Positions 17,020-29,531 of a stretch of DNA of 64,000 bases are shown here, piece by piece. The notes below the pieces were generated by a model, which made no database searches, was not told the origin of the DNA, and saw nothing but the letters and a program-made list of their open reading frames with translations. The stretch is from a virus. Where the stretch lies: the IMG/VR virus record IMGVR_UViG_3300037245_002727, positions 7,325 through 71,324 of that record; one strand, written 5' to 3'. Both the position numbers and the translations under genes were made by a program. Position 1 is the stretch's first letter. Each line of letters begins with the position of its first letter.

Positions 17020-18430
17020 TGGTAGAGTTCAATTGACTACACGGCGTGGCGCTCGAATGACTCATGATGCAAGGCTGCATGATAGGTGGTACGCACTAAA
17101 ACCACATATTGAGCAGAATGCTTTTTGGTGTAGTAAATCTCGGTTTAATGTAATCCCTTCAGGTAGGCGTTCTGGCAAGACAGAACTAGCAGGTAAAAGA
17201 AAGATAATCAGGAAAGCACTAGTAGGTAGTCTACACCCTGGTGGAGGTAGATACTTTGCGGCGGCACCTACTTATACACAAGCAAAACGAATCTTCTGGA
17301 AAGATCTGAAGATGATGACGCCAAGGGACATGATTGCCGGCAAGCCTAGTGAAACTGATTTGATGATACCTCTCAAGAACCTATGTGAGATATGGGTATT
17401 GGGACTAGATAAACCGGAGAGATTAGAAGGTAGTCCTTGGGACCATGGTTGTATAGATGAAATTGGTAATACTAGGTCGGAGACATGGGAGCAGCATGTT
17501 CGACCAGCATTAAGTGATAGAGGTGGTTCGTGTGATTTCATAGGAGTACCAGAAGGTAGAAATCACTATTATGATTTGGCAGAGAAAGCACGAAAACAAA
17601 TGAAAGCAGCGGCACTAAAAGGTACTATACCTCGTTGGGCTTTATATCATTGGTTCTCAGAGACAGTACTTTCAGCAGAGGAAATTCAAGAAGCGAAAGA
17701 AGACATGGACGAGTTAGTGTATCAGCAGGAGTATGAAGGTTCGTTTATTAATTTTACAGGTAGGGCGTACTATAACTACAGTGAAAAGAGACATGAAGAG
17801 AAGTGCCTCGATTACTACAATCCACATGATGATATCAATTTCTGTTTTGACTTCAATGTCACTCCTGGAACAGCTACAGTAGTTCAAGAACTTCAAGAAT
17901 ATGAAGACAACGTACCTATTATAGGTAAGACGATTAGTGCTATAATAGGAGAAGTATATATTAAAAGAAATAGTAATACTCCGAAAGTATGCAAGAAGTT
18001 AATTGAGATGTTTGGTAATCATCAGGGTCGAATCTTCTGCTACGGTGATTCTACTGGTGGCGCGAGGGGTACTGCGAAGGTAGAGGGTAGTGATTGGGAG
18101 TTGATAGCTAAAATACTTCGTAAGCATTACGGCCATGATAGAGTCTTCTTCAAAGTGCCGAAACGAATGGGTTCGGAGAGAAGTAGAGTCAATGCAGTTA
18201 ACTCTCGACTACTAACTACTATAGGTGAAAGCTACCTGATAATCGACCCAAACGAGTGCCCTATGACTATAAAAGACTTTGAAGGTGTCATGGTGAAAGA
18301 TGATGGTACTGGCGAGCTGGAAAAGAAAAAAGATAAAATGCTGAGTCATTTGACTGACGGCGTCGGCTACTATATAGTATTCAAGTATCCGATAGATGAT
18401 GCAAGAACTAGTAGTATTATTCAACTCTAA
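17003..18430 (+). CDS. terL: Terminase large subunit
   Basis: Walker A SGRRSGKT, Walker B CIDE, QEYEGSF, nuclease DFN and HLTD motifs. Confidence 0.92.
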   Translation: MMEIANGRVQLTTRRGARMTHDARLHDRWYALKPHIEQNAFWCSKSRFNVIPSGRRSGKTELAGKRKIIRKALVGSLHPGGGRYFAAAPTYTQAKRIFWKDLKMMTPRDMIAGKPSETDLMIPLKNLCEIWVLGLDKPERLEGSPWDHGCIDEIGNTRSETWEQHVRPALSDRGGSCDFIGVPEGRNHYYDLAEKARKQMKAAALKGTIPRWALYHWFSETVLSAEEIQEAKEDMDELVYQQEYEGSFINFTGRAYYNYSEKRHEEKCLDYYNPHDDINFCFDFNVTPGTATVVQELQEYEDNVPIIGKTISAIIGEVYIKRNSNTPKVCKKLIEMFGNHQGRIFCYGDSTGGARGTAKVEGSDWELIAKILRKHYGHDRVFFKVPKRMGSERSRVNAVNSRLLTTIGESYLIIDPNECPMTIKDFEGVMVKDDGTGELEKKKDKMLSHLTDGVGYYIVFKYPIDDARTSSIIQL

Positions 18431-18444
18431 TTGGAGGATTAGAT

Positions 18445-18984
18445 ATGATACCGAATATACTGCCAGAGAAGATCGAATTTGTAGATATGAAGACGGCTGA
18501 GAATGACTATGCCGAATTGTTCGTTGCTTACAAAGAAGCAATTGCTGACTTGAATTCCGAGAGTGAAGAGGGAGCAAGAATTTGGAAGAAGAGGGTGGAG
18601 AAGGGTTTCAGGATACAAGAAGAAGAGATTGCAAAACAAAAAGAGAAGATCGACGAACTCGAAAAGAATGTTCATGGCGTGAATGAGCATTTAATTAAAA
18701 TGAGTAAACAATTGGAAAAAGCCAATACTAGTATTGCTGAGTATAATCTGCTATGTAGTCAAAAGAACTTCCCTATCCAACAGCAGTATTCGAAAATGGG
18801 AGATGATGGGCATAGCAGAAGAGACCCGAAGCCGCCAACCATTATTCCGTATTGGTTAGCTGAAGAGGCGTATAAGTACTACTCGGAGAAGTTCGGTACA
18901 AGTCAGTCTCTTGATAGATTGGCAGAGCGTGGTGGTTTCGGGAGAAGTGAACTCCTAATGCTACTGAGAAAACAAATCGTTTAA
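18445..18984 (+). CDS. Coiled-coil hypothetical protein
   Basis: SD; C-terminal QSLDRLAERGG. Confidence 0.7.
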   Translation: MIPNILPEKIEFVDMKTAENDYAELFVAYKEAIADLNSESEEGARIWKKRVEKGFRIQEEEIAKQKEKIDELEKNVHGVNEHLIKMSKQLEKANTSIAEYNLLCSQKNFPIQQQYSKMGDDGHSRRDPKPPTIIPYWLAEEAYKYYSEKFGTSQSLDRLAERGGFGRSELLMLLRKQIV

Positions 18985-19019
18985 ACTGAAGTTAACTACA
19001 ACGAAACGGAGATGAGACA

Positions 19020-20585
19020 ATGGCTATAATTAAGAAGAAGTATGACGCAGACGCAGTCCAGATGCCGGTTCCAGAGCATAACAGGTTCATGCGAGTGTTA
19101 GAGTTACCTCATAATCTCATGGGTGGAACCAAAGCAATGAGAGCAATGGGAAATGTCTACTTGCCGAAAGAAGAAGCAGAAGAGAGTGATGCTTTTAACT
19201 CTCGTTTAGCAAGGTCATTTCTTTTGAATGCTTTCAGGCGTACTGTCCAAAAGCTTGCCGGGGAAGTATTCTCGAAGGCTATAGACATTCCGGAGAAGTT
19301 ACCCGAAGACATTCGAGGGTGGCTTAAAGATGTCGATCTAAGTGAAAACGATATAACCGAATTCAGCAAGCAAATGTTCCAGGATGGAATCATTGATGGA
19401 ATAGTTCATGTCTTGATTGACTTGCCGGAGATAGAGACAAAGCTCGATGATAATGGGAAGGTAGTATTTCTCGATGTAGCAGAGGGAGAGACAGAAGGCG
19501 TATGGCGTATGCTGACATTGGAGACAATGAAGGCAAAGGGTTGGAGGCCGTACTGGATACAGATTACAGCGAAGAACTTGATTGGTTGGAGATGGGAAAA
19601 GATTAATGGAGAGAAAGTACTTTCTCAAATTCGGGTAGCTGAAATCACCGAAGAAGCTGACGGAAAATACGGAGTAAAAGAGGTCGAGCGTATACGGGTT
19701 ATTAATAAGGATACGTGGGAAGTATGGATATTCAAGGAAAATGAGAAGCATCAAAAGGAGTGGATATTGGAGACACAAGGTACTCATAATCGTGGATATA
19801 TACCCCTTGTCTCATGGATAATCGGTGAGTCAATGAGTGAAATGACTGCTACCCCGCCACTGTCAGATCTTGCCGACCTTAACCTTGCTCACTGGCAGTC
19901 TGCGAGTGATCAGAGAAATATACTTCACTATGCTCGTATGATTACTTACTTCGGTAAGTTATTAGGTATTGAGCCAGGAGCAAAGAACCAAAATCAGAAA
20001 GCAATCATGGGAGCTAATGTTCTAATACATGCTACCGATGAATCCGCTGACTTAAAGGTAGTAGAACATTCGGGGAAAGCAATTGAAGCAGGTAGGAATG
20101 ACTTGAAAGATCTCGAAGTACAAATGAGCAAATACGGATTGGGATTGATCATGGGTACGAAGTCAGGTACACAAACTGCTACTGAGAAAGCAATTGACAC
20201 GGCTGAAAGCGATAGTACTTTGAAGTCGTGGGCTATTAGCTACCAGTTTTTTATGAATCGTTGTATTGCTATGAGTGCGAAGATGGCAGGTATAGAAGAT
20301 GAGCTGGAGCAAGTGAAAGTGAATACCGACTTCAAATCCTTCCTGCGAAGTATGGAGATAACTGCTTTGTGTGAAGCCTTTGTGGACGGGCTTCTGCCAC
20401 GAGAGTTAGTCATTGAGGAACTTCAGAGGAGAGGAGTTATTAAAGAGGATATTGACTTTGTAGACATTATGAAGATGCTCAATGCCGAAGCAGAGGAGCA
20501 AGCAAAGAAGTTCATGCCAGTATATAATCGAAATGTCCTTGGTGATGGTGATAGTGGTGACGGTAATACTTCTGCAACAGAGTAG
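19020..20585 (+). CDS. Portal protein (DUF4055-type)
   Basis: YLPK...E...F..RL.R, PPL.DLA.LNLAHWQ..SD and TATE motifs; follows TerL. Confidence 0.85.
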   Translation: MAIIKKKYDADAVQMPVPEHNRFMRVLELPHNLMGGTKAMRAMGNVYLPKEEAEESDAFNSRLARSFLLNAFRRTVQKLAGEVFSKAIDIPEKLPEDIRGWLKDVDLSENDITEFSKQMFQDGIIDGIVHVLIDLPEIETKLDDNGKVVFLDVAEGETEGVWRMLTLETMKAKGWRPYWIQITAKNLIGWRWEKINGEKVLSQIRVAEITEEADGKYGVKEVERIRVINKDTWEVWIFKENEKHQKEWILETQGTHNRGYIPLVSWIIGESMSEMTATPPLSDLADLNLAHWQSASDQRNILHYARMITYFGKLLGIEPGAKNQNQKAIMGANVLIHATDESADLKVVEHSGKAIEAGRNDLKDLEVQMSKYGLGLIMGTKSGTQTATEKAIDTAESDSTLKSWAISYQFFMNRCIAMSAKMAGIEDELEQVKVNTDFKSFLRSMEITALCEAFVDGLLPRELVIEELQRRGVIKEDIDFVDIMKMLNAEAEEQAKKFMPVYNRNVLGDGDSGDGNTSATE

Positions 20586-20587
20586 TA

Positions 20588-20596
20588 TGTTATAAT
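20588..20596 (+). promoter_or_regulatory. Extended -10 promoter at the start of the small-ORF insert
   Basis: TGTTATAAT just after the portal stop codon. Confidence 0.45.
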
Positions 20597-22489
20597 ATTA
20601 GTAACTATAACTTATAACAATTGGAGGATTTTTATGATAGGCGTTGAAAAGATTATTTGTGGTTGTGGAGGTTTTGTGGAAGAAGTAAAGACGACAAAAA
20701 CTGAGAGACGTTTATTTGGTTGTTCAAGAGATACAGAAGAGAATTCATGTTGCGCTGGCGCTTTTAAATGTTCGAAGTGTAAAGTGCGATGGACAATACA
20801 ATATGAATCACCTGAAATGGAGTAGTAAAGATTATTTGTAATTGGAGGATTACTATGAGGCAATTTAACAATGTTATTTTTCTTGGCAGTGGCAATACAT
20901 ATGACTATGACAAACTAATTCGAAGACTCAAAGAAGGCTTAGAAATTTTAGCCGGTCTTCAGCAACCTTCTCGTTGTGGTTCGCAAGAAGAGAAGCAAAG
21001 CAGCGATGCAGTAGAAGTGACAATGAAAGCAGAGTTGATGGATATCATTGAAGACATTACGGTTGCTCTCGGTGCGGAAGTAATTAATGAAGTTAAACCG
21101 GAAGTAGAAGTTTTACCGAAGCCGGATAAAGTTCATGCTTTACTGGAAGGTGTCGCCTATGAGGTAGAGTATCCTCAAATGAATACCATTAGGCTTTTTC
21201 GAAGTAAAGAATATTAACTGATAGCAATTAGAGGAGAAGAAAATGAATATTTTAAATCACAAGACAATAGGTAAAGTGAGAAGGTTTTTTATTATCGAGG
21301 GAAAGCATCTTTGGAATAGTTGGGTCAGGACGGCTACTTCATATTTAGGTTAACGTATAGCAATTGGAGGATTGACTATGAAGTTAAAACGTAGAAAGCC
21401 TGGTAAAGGTAAAGTAAAGTTAAAGCGTCGGGAGAAGAAGGTACTGACGAAATCAGAAGTACTTGAGAAGTTCTTCAAGATAATCGAAAACAATACTACA
21501 GCATGGTATGGAATATTTGAGAATGCCGAATGTCTCAAGTGTGGGGCAGTAGCTAAAGGCATGATACGAGTAGGTTCCATGAAGTTCTGTTTCAATTGTT
21601 TTCAAGAAGAGTTTGGCTTGAATCTTGTTGAACGAGACAAAGTTGTCTATGATAAGTGGCTTGAGTATCAGCATAAGCGTTGGGAGGAGGAGTTATTATG
21701 AGTGATAATCGAGATGTTTTTAAAGAGGCGTTTATGTCTCCTACTAATGTTTGTGGCGGATTTCATGCATGTGTTAATCGTACCTTTGAGCATGATCTTG
21801 AAGACTGCGAAGAGTGCAAAGAAGATGCAATGACTGCAACCATAGGAGTATTATTTGGAGTAGTTAAAGAGATGGAGAGGAGGTCAAATGAGTAAAGACA
21901 ACGAAAGCAATATGACCAAGATATTAATGGAGGCATCAAAACGTCTTGATAGTAATGGGAGTTGCCCAGGATTTTATCAATGCTCTAACCGAGAATTTGA
22001 AAGCGGGAAAGTAGATTGTGAGGAGTGCAAGGAAGATGCTTTGAGCGCGATGAGAGCATTTGAAGTAGGAGGGTAGTTATGCTGAAGCATAGGCGGTTAT
22101 TTTGTTCTGTCTGCCAGGAGAAGCAATTCGAAACTCCTTCTGGTATGACTTGTAAGAACGGCCATGGTGGCGAAGATGCACTGGTCGGTAAGCGAACTAA
22201 AAAGTCAAAACGGGTAACAGAAGATGACTACATGGAGTTATCCGCCTTATTGAATAGCCATGCGAGAACATGGTTCACGGACTTTGTTAATGCTACCTGT
22301 ATCAAGTGTAGTATACCATCTCTTCGAATGATAATGGTTGGGCCAATCTTTTTCTGCCCAACTTGTTTTCTGGAGGAGTTCGAATTCAGAGAAGAGAAGT
22401 CAATTCCTACTTATCGAAAATGGTACGATAAGAATCTGGAAAGGCTTATGAAGAAAGATTTACTACCTATTTTAAAAGGGAGGTAAGAA

Positions 22490-22942
22490 ATGAGTAAAGT
22501 AGAACTATTTGCTGACGCGGATTGTTGGAAGTTTAAATGGGACTACCCTGAAGAGTTTAGTTCGTATGGCTGTGGACCCGGTGGTATAGGCGATTTCCTT
22601 GTACCTGATACAGTTTATGGCTTGTCTATACGGGAAGCCTGTCGAATCCATGATTGGGGTTATAGACATTGTGAAATGTCAAGTGAGGAAGACCGTGCTC
22701 GTCATGATCGAATACTTCACAATAACTCACAACGCATCATCACTGCCGGGACTGATTGGCGATGGGTCAAAGTACTTCGTATGAGGCGAGCGTTAACCTA
22801 CTACCAGATGGTCCGTAACTTCGGTGCCAATGCTTATTGGGGAGAACGCAATGTGGCAAAGGATATGGCTGAAGTAGAGATTGTTAAAGTAAAGGCGACG
22901 GTCATTGTAAAGAAGGAATTGAAACGTATGATAGACTTATAG
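22490..22942 (+). CDS. Phospholipase A2-like / DUF1353-like protein
   Basis: YGCGPGG...ACRIHDWGY (CxxHDxxY) motif. Confidence 0.5.
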   Translation: MSKVELFADADCWKFKWDYPEEFSSYGCGPGGIGDFLVPDTVYGLSIREACRIHDWGYRHCEMSSEEDRARHDRILHNNSQRIITAGTDWRWVKVLRMRRALTYYQMVRNFGANAYWGERNVAKDMAEVEIVKVKATVIVKKELKRMIDL

Positions 22943-23434
22943 GTGAAACAATAATCAGTTTAACTTCGTAAATGGTAGCATTACCAAAGGAGGTTCTATG
23001 TGTAGTTATGAAGACATTGAAGACATTGGCTATTGTATGAAACCCTATGATAAGGAGGCGTGTGGTGACTGTTATGCTGCTACTGAAGGCGATTGTCCTG
23101 GAATGCGTAACATGGTTAAGAAAGTGGAGGATGAAAGAGATGCCGGATAGCAAACCAAACGTTATTGAGTCAATGCCAAGGGTAGTACTTTTTTACTCTG
23201 CAATCTCCTTCCATTTAGTTAAGATAGCTGCTTCACAGCAGTTAGAAGAAGCCCAATTTCATTGGAGACAAATGAGATACTACCGGGATGAATGGAGGTT
23301 GATTAATCCATCCGTAATAGTGTGGCCGACAGAAGAGGAGTTCTTTCAGCAAATAGCTGCTGACGGCCAGTGTATTCACATCGTGGCGGCGATTAAGAAG
23401 TTTAATTTGTTAGATACTACTTGAGGAGATAGAC

Positions 23435-23623
23435 ATGCCAACTTTACGAGGATATTGGATGTTTGGTAAGCAGCATTATGGGAAGCCTATACATAAGGTT
23501 CCTTCGAGTTATTTGTTATGGGCAGCAGAGAACTTGAAGGTTGAAGCATGGTGCTGCAAAGCGGATGAAGAATGGCAGTGGAGAGAGAAGTATAACGAGC
23601 ATGTGGGGGATGGCGATGAGTGA
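23435..23623 (+). CDS. DUF3820-like small protein
   Basis: MFGK.HYGK.I..VP.SYL.W pattern. Confidence 0.55.
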   Translation: MPTLRGYWMFGKQHYGKPIHKVPSSYLLWAAENLKVEAWCCKADEEWQWREKYNEHVGDGDE

Positions 23624-26600
23624 ACCAGCCCCATTAAACAATGTTATCAAAGTAACAAAGGAAATGGCTGCACGAGTAGTAGAGCAGCAAAGAGACAATC
23701 CTAAATGTGTTGGGATTATCGTTTTGTCTCTAGGTGAAGATGGAGGTTATCATTCGACTATTACTGATGGGTGCTATTCGAAGATGTTTGGCACTATAGG
23801 CATCTTAAGCTATGCTAAAAGCATCTTTGAAGCAGACTGTCGAAGACTTAATGAGCATGAAGATGATTAAAAAGGAGGTAGTAATATGACAGAATGGCCT
23901 AGTCAAATGTCGTGGGCGAATGATGTTGCCTCGCAAAGTATGTCTCTCCCGGAGTCTGTAGTACTTCATGCGATTGTTTCTTGGCATCTTGTTCACATTG
24001 GGACTGCTACCCATAAGGGTGAAGCAATCTTTCACTGGAAGCAAATCAAGTATTATCGAAACCATTGGCAGAATGCGATTTGTCAACCGGGTGACAAATG
24101 GTTAGATGGGAAAGAGATGATTGAGGAGTTAAGAAAAACCGGCAAGTGTAATGAGTTAATTGAAGCAATTGACCGTCATGAATTATCGGAAGTAGAATAA
24201 TAATCATGGTATAGTTAAGTACGAGGAGGATTAGATATGAGTACAAGTGACCAAAAAACGATTGGTTTGGAAGAGGCGTTTCAGAAGCGAATGGAACAGA
24301 AAAGAAGTAATAAGGTTATACGCAAAAAGCTGGCGAAAGAACTTGATAAAAAAAGGGCTGCTAAAAAAGAATCTTTCATGCCAACTTTGGGTGACGATGT
24401 GCCGAAGTATTGTACATTGAAAACCGTAACGTTTTATGACTTCATGACCGAAGTTGGTACGGTGGCGCAAAATTGGAAGGAGGAGGCAAGGAACTTAAGT
24501 GTAGTTAATCCTGGCAACCCGGTAAGTACTTTGCTTGTTACCAATGTCAGTCGTATGGCAGATCTTTTGGTAGGAGTACTTCAGAAGTATGTGGAAATAA
24601 TTAAGTTAGACAACATCGAGATGCAGGAGGGGTTTAATGCCCAACAGGAAAAAGGAGACAAGCCAGCCACTTGAACAGGATGAGCAATGGTTGGAAGAGG
24701 ACGGAATCAAATTTCGACTTACTAGTGGTCGAGTGGAGATAGTTAAACAGGTAGGGGAAGTACTTCACTTAGCTATATCCTTTCAGACTAAAGATAGGTA
24801 TTGGCATCAACTGAAAGTGAAGATAAACAGAAAACACTTTAAACAAATGTAAGGAAGCAATTATGCATGGAGAGAAAAGGCTTTGTAATGAAGGGGCATC
24901 GCCTGTTTTAATGCGGAAAGCAGAAGTAGTAGAAGATGAGTGTCTCGGTTGCGTATTCTATTGGGAGTGCGATTCTCCGTGCTATAATTATTATGCGAAG
25001 TTGTTTGGGAAAGAAGTTAAACCATTTAAAATGTAGAGAGGTAACGACATGAGCAGAGTAATAACTGCGAGTGATAGAGAATGGCGAGCCAGAATGGATG
25101 CGGATACACTGGCTGAGGCAAATGTCATTGAGGGAGACAAACCTCGTATGAAAGCGGCACAACAAAAGGCTGGTTCAATGGCTGAAGACAAACAGGAAGA
25201 GGCATCGGCAATGAAACAAGTGGCAAAGCCCGGAAGTGGTGGAAGTAGTAATGGGCCGTCGAAGAGTAGCAGTACAAAGAAGCCAACTGCGAAGGCTGCT
25301 GTTAACTCTTTGACTTCAGGCATTCCGGGAGTCGGCGGTAGAAGGAGATAACTTATAGCTTGTCTCATATGTTTGCGTTTAGCATCTCGGAGCGATTTTC
25401 ATTTCTGGATTAGCAGCTTAGATATGAGACAAGAGTTATCAATTGGAGGAGGCAACATGGAAGAAAAGATGTTCGTTTTAATTGGTTTGGGTGAAGAGTT
25501 AAGTGAGAGGCTAATTACTTGCCAATGTTATTTTGATTTTGCTGCTCGTGGTAAAAGATTGGCGTTTCCTCTTGGAGTGAAGTCAATTGACAAACTAACT
25601 ATCTCAGATGTAGTCGATGCAGGGTGGCGGAGAGATGCAGTTGGTTGGAAGTGCCCGGAATGTGTTGCTCGGTTAGAAGAAGAAGTAAAGGTAAGTGAAT
25701 TTCACACTAAGAGAGTAATCCCGAATTGGAAATTCAGAATAGGTGAAGAGTAATGAAAACTGAGATCGAAGCTGAGCACTTGATATTCATAGGCACATGG
25801 GTAGTCATTGCACTGGTAGTGACTTTCGCTGTGAAGTTAATTATAGCATATGTCATTCCGGGGCTGGAATGGTGGCATGACTTAGGAGGGTTATTATGAA
25901 TGTAGTAAAGATACCAGCAGAAGAAGTAGTTATATACATAATTGACTATAAGAGAGAAATGGGTTTGGATTCTCTTGGCTCAGTGACTAGAGCGAAAGTG
26001 AAAGCAAACCTGAAGGAAGCAATTGAAAAAGATGGCATGAAGGCAATCGGGAATATAAAAACTTCTCGCGTTTATGTTGAGCGTGTAGCTATAGTTACTT
26101 ATTGGGTTCAGGCGGCACCAAAGAAGTACTTCGAGCAGGAAGTAAAAGAAACCGATGACTCTATCTTAGGAGGATTGTGGAAGCCTGGACATAAAGCTAA
26201 GTGCGAGCATGACTTTAGCTTAGGAAGATTGTGGAAGCCTGGAGATAAGTTACACTTCCATACTGAAATTGATCTTATGCATAAGGAAGCATTGGTCGCT
26301 GAAAAGTATATTACTGTTGATTGCATTGTCTTAAAGGAAGTCCGGTGGTGCAACCGTTGTGGAACTTTCGAAGAGGAGGTCCTCAATGAGATACTTTCCG
26401 TATGACTTCTTAGCAAGTCGGTTATACCACAAGATTTTCTGTGATGCAGAAGAAGAGGAGGAAGAAGGTGGACAAGAAGTACTTTGGGGTTCGCTCAATG
26501 TAGGTAATAAACCTGAATGGATGATAGTACGTCTGTCTGAAGCTACCTTGCTTGGTACGACTTTGATGCAAGTCAATGTCTCTAAGTCATTAGGTATGAA

Positions 26601-28050
26601 GTTAACCAGTTATGCCGGGACGGTGGATGAGAAGTGAAAGGAGAGAATCAAAATGTCTTTTGATTTTTCAATATACTTCCCTTATTATTTTACTGCAAGC
26701 CGGATATACGATAAGTTTTTTTCTGATACGAAGAAGTCACCTGCTGCTTTCTGGGAATTGATTTGGACGAAAAGGAAACCGGAATGGGCGATTCGACGAT
26801 TGAGAGAGATGGAAAAGCTTGGCAAGGTTTTGATGGGAGTAAATGTGGAGAAGAGATTACTTCTCGGAATGACTATCGTTGTTGGAGTTAGTCATGGGCC
26901 TAATCTTTTTTATAACTTATGGAAAGAAGGCTTGGAGGCAAGAGAGGAGTTTGAAAAAGAGTATATGGGTGAATGGTTAGACATAATAGGTGAACCTCGG
27001 GTAGCAATACTCAATTCAGAATGGGAATGCGGGATAAACAAGAATGAGGAGGATAAATGAGAACAGTAGAATTTGAAGAACAGGTAGTAGTACTACTGAA
27101 GCCACCGAGTATGATTGATGAGCAGTGTGGTTCATTGCCTATCTGGACTGATGGTAGTGAATGCATAAGTAAATGGAAAATGTCTTTTCGTGAGAAAATG
27201 CATTGCTTATTTTGTGGCTTTGTTTGGGTGAGAATTATCTCTGGCAATACTCAGCCACCTATATTAATCGAAGCACATAATGAGATGTTCAAGGAGGAAG
27301 TAAAAGATGATCTTAATGACTGAACTACAATCAATTCGAATAGCAGGTTTTATGAATACTCTTTGTCCGGGTGACAATTACTACTCTCAAATGGCCGTAG
27401 ATGATGACCAGTCAACCCCGAAGCAGAATATGGCTGGAGAGTTCTTGAATCATAAAGTCATGCCGGAAAGCTGGCTTACCGACGGGATGGAAAGACTATT
27501 GACTGTCGCAGATAAGTTGGATTACTCTAATCTTTTAAAAACCTGAGGAGTAGTCATGCCGCCTCTTAATAAATGCGAACTTATATTGTCGAAGATGGAT
27601 GGAGTAGAGATAACTCCTGGAATCTTTTTAATCGGTGAACCAACTCCAAGATCGGATTTAGGAGATATGTCATTTGCTTGTTTAGCTAATATCAATGGTA
27701 TGCTTGTAGTTGTGGAATTGGTTGCTAAACTGAAAGGAGGAGTAAATGAAGACAAGTGAAGTTATTCGGGCAGGTTTTTACTACTGGCGAGCGGCTGAAA
27801 TGGATTCTTGTCACGTTATAGTCATTCAGGTGTCAGAGTATAAATATAAAGACGCTCCTGGACGGTTGCATGTCCAGGCGTTGATTCCAGTTGGTGGTTC
27901 TGCATTTGGAGATAAGTATTCTTTTTATGGGCCGATAGAAAATATTCCTTCTGGGGAGTGGTTCGGTCCACTACTCGTATGGAAAGATGGGAGTGAATGT
28001 TGAGAAGTCATTAGCTATGAAGTAAAGTTAATTGAAAAGGGAGAAGTCAA

Positions 28051-29415
28051 ATGCCAAGATTAACTCGTAGGCAATTGCTTGATAGGATTAGAGAGATGCG
28101 AACAGTAGAGATGTTCGCCGGCCAGGAAGATTTCATTCGTCGTAATATCACGGAACTTTCGAGTGCTATGGAACAATCCACATCGGAGATAGCTAAAATC
28201 ATTAGAGGTACTCATCCGAGGTATAGGCGTATTATTCGATCTCTTCGCGAAGGGCCGCGACCAGTAGGCGTTGGCGGATGGACTGATCAGCGATTACTAT
28301 TAGTGCTCGATAGTATAGATAACATGTCGCGTGAGATAGAAGTAATTGCTCAAGAGAGTATTATTAGAACTTCTTCGGCAATTGCTTCCGATGTGTATGA
28401 GAACTATTCTGATATATTATCATTCGGTAACAGGATTCCATCGTTTACTTCTACTGAGTTGTCTATGAATCAAATCAGAGCATTTGTTGAAGACACGCCT
28501 GTGGGAGGAGTACAACTTAGAGAGTTTGTCGGACGTATCTTCAATGACTATACGCAAGCCGATATTCGAAATGAAATGTTTGTAGGCGCATTACAAGGAG
28601 AAGGTATTCCAAAGTTAACTCGTCGCATTCAGGATAAGTATACCTGGCTTGATCGACCACAGTATAATCGAATAATAAGGCAAGCGAGAAATAAAGGATT
28701 TGAAGGAAGCAAACTTTCTAATTGGATTGCTAGGAAAGAGCAAAGAGTCATTAGACAGAATGCTATTACTGCTGCTCGTACTCATACTCAATCTGTAGCG
28801 GTTGATAGCATGAAACGAACATATAGACAAAATTCAGATATCATAAAGAACTATGAGTGGAATGCTACCATGGAACCTGGCTTTACTATAAGTGGTAGAG
28901 GCACTTGTATCCGATGTGCCGCGCTCGATGGTCAGGTATATGCTTCGATTGGAGACATGCCACAAATGCCATTGCATCCTAATTGTAGATGCTTACCTTT
29001 ACCGTTAACTAAGTCATGGAAAGAGTTGGGTTTTACTAGTAGGGAAACCGACTCTATTATAAAAGATAATCGTCCTTATGCTATCAGAGAGAGTGATGCT
29101 GAAATGGTTAGAGGGAGGGGAAGAAGTATTGGAGCTGGTGGCAGACGAATCTTGGGAAGTAGTGGTCCACGGGCAAGTGGTCGTGACTACAACGAGTGGT
29201 TTGACGATAGAGATAACTTCTTTAAGATGAATGTTGCCGGTCCCTCGAGAGCTAAATGGTTAAAGGGTAGACGAGGTAGAACGCTTTCTGATTTGGTAGA
29301 TAGAAGTACTGGGGAGTTAATCAATCTCGAAGACTTGTCGGGTAGTACTCCGGTCATAAGCAGAAGGGAGTATATAGAGGAGTTCGGTAGTCATGCGGAG
29401 CAAAGTCGGTTGTAA
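28051..29415 (+). CDS. Minor head protein, Mu gpF/SPP1 gp7-like
   Basis: ART.T, W.AT, TCIRCAALDG and P.HPNCRC motifs. Confidence 0.85.
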   Translation: MPRLTRRQLLDRIREMRTVEMFAGQEDFIRRNITELSSAMEQSTSEIAKIIRGTHPRYRRIIRSLREGPRPVGVGGWTDQRLLLVLDSIDNMSREIEVIAQESIIRTSSAIASDVYENYSDILSFGNRIPSFTSTELSMNQIRAFVEDTPVGGVQLREFVGRIFNDYTQADIRNEMFVGALQGEGIPKLTRRIQDKYTWLDRPQYNRIIRQARNKGFEGSKLSNWIARKEQRVIRQNAITAARTHTQSVAVDSMKRTYRQNSDIIKNYEWNATMEPGFTISGRGTCIRCAALDGQVYASIGDMPQMPLHPNCRCLPLPLTKSWKELGFTSRETDSIIKDNRPYAIRESDAEMVRGRGRSIGAGGRRILGSSGPRASGRDYNEWFDDRDNFFKMNVAGPSRAKWLKGRRGRTLSDLVDRSTGELINLEDLSGSTPVISRREYIEEFGSHAEQSRL

Positions 29416-29458
29416 GTACTTAGAAGTAAAGGGTTTTTACTATTACTACTTGTTATAG

Positions 29459-29487
29459 TTGACATTGAAAGAGTTATCCTATAGAAT
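29459..29487 (+). promoter_or_regulatory. Sigma70 promoter
   Basis: TTGACA-N17-TAGAAT. Confidence 0.7.
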
Positions 29488-29531
29488 AAAAAAAGTTTAA
29501 CAATTACCTTTTTATATAAAGGAGCATAACT

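Larger units (their letters stand above)
20634..28003 (+). other. Cluster of about 20 small hypothetical ORFs between the portal and gpF-like genes
   Basis: Tightly packed SD-led ORFs (e.g. 20634, 20855, 21372, 21698, 21888, 22079, 23131, 23886, 24237, 25049, 25457, 25896, 26386, 26653, 27057, 27556, 27746); many are Cys-rich. Confidence 0.7.
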
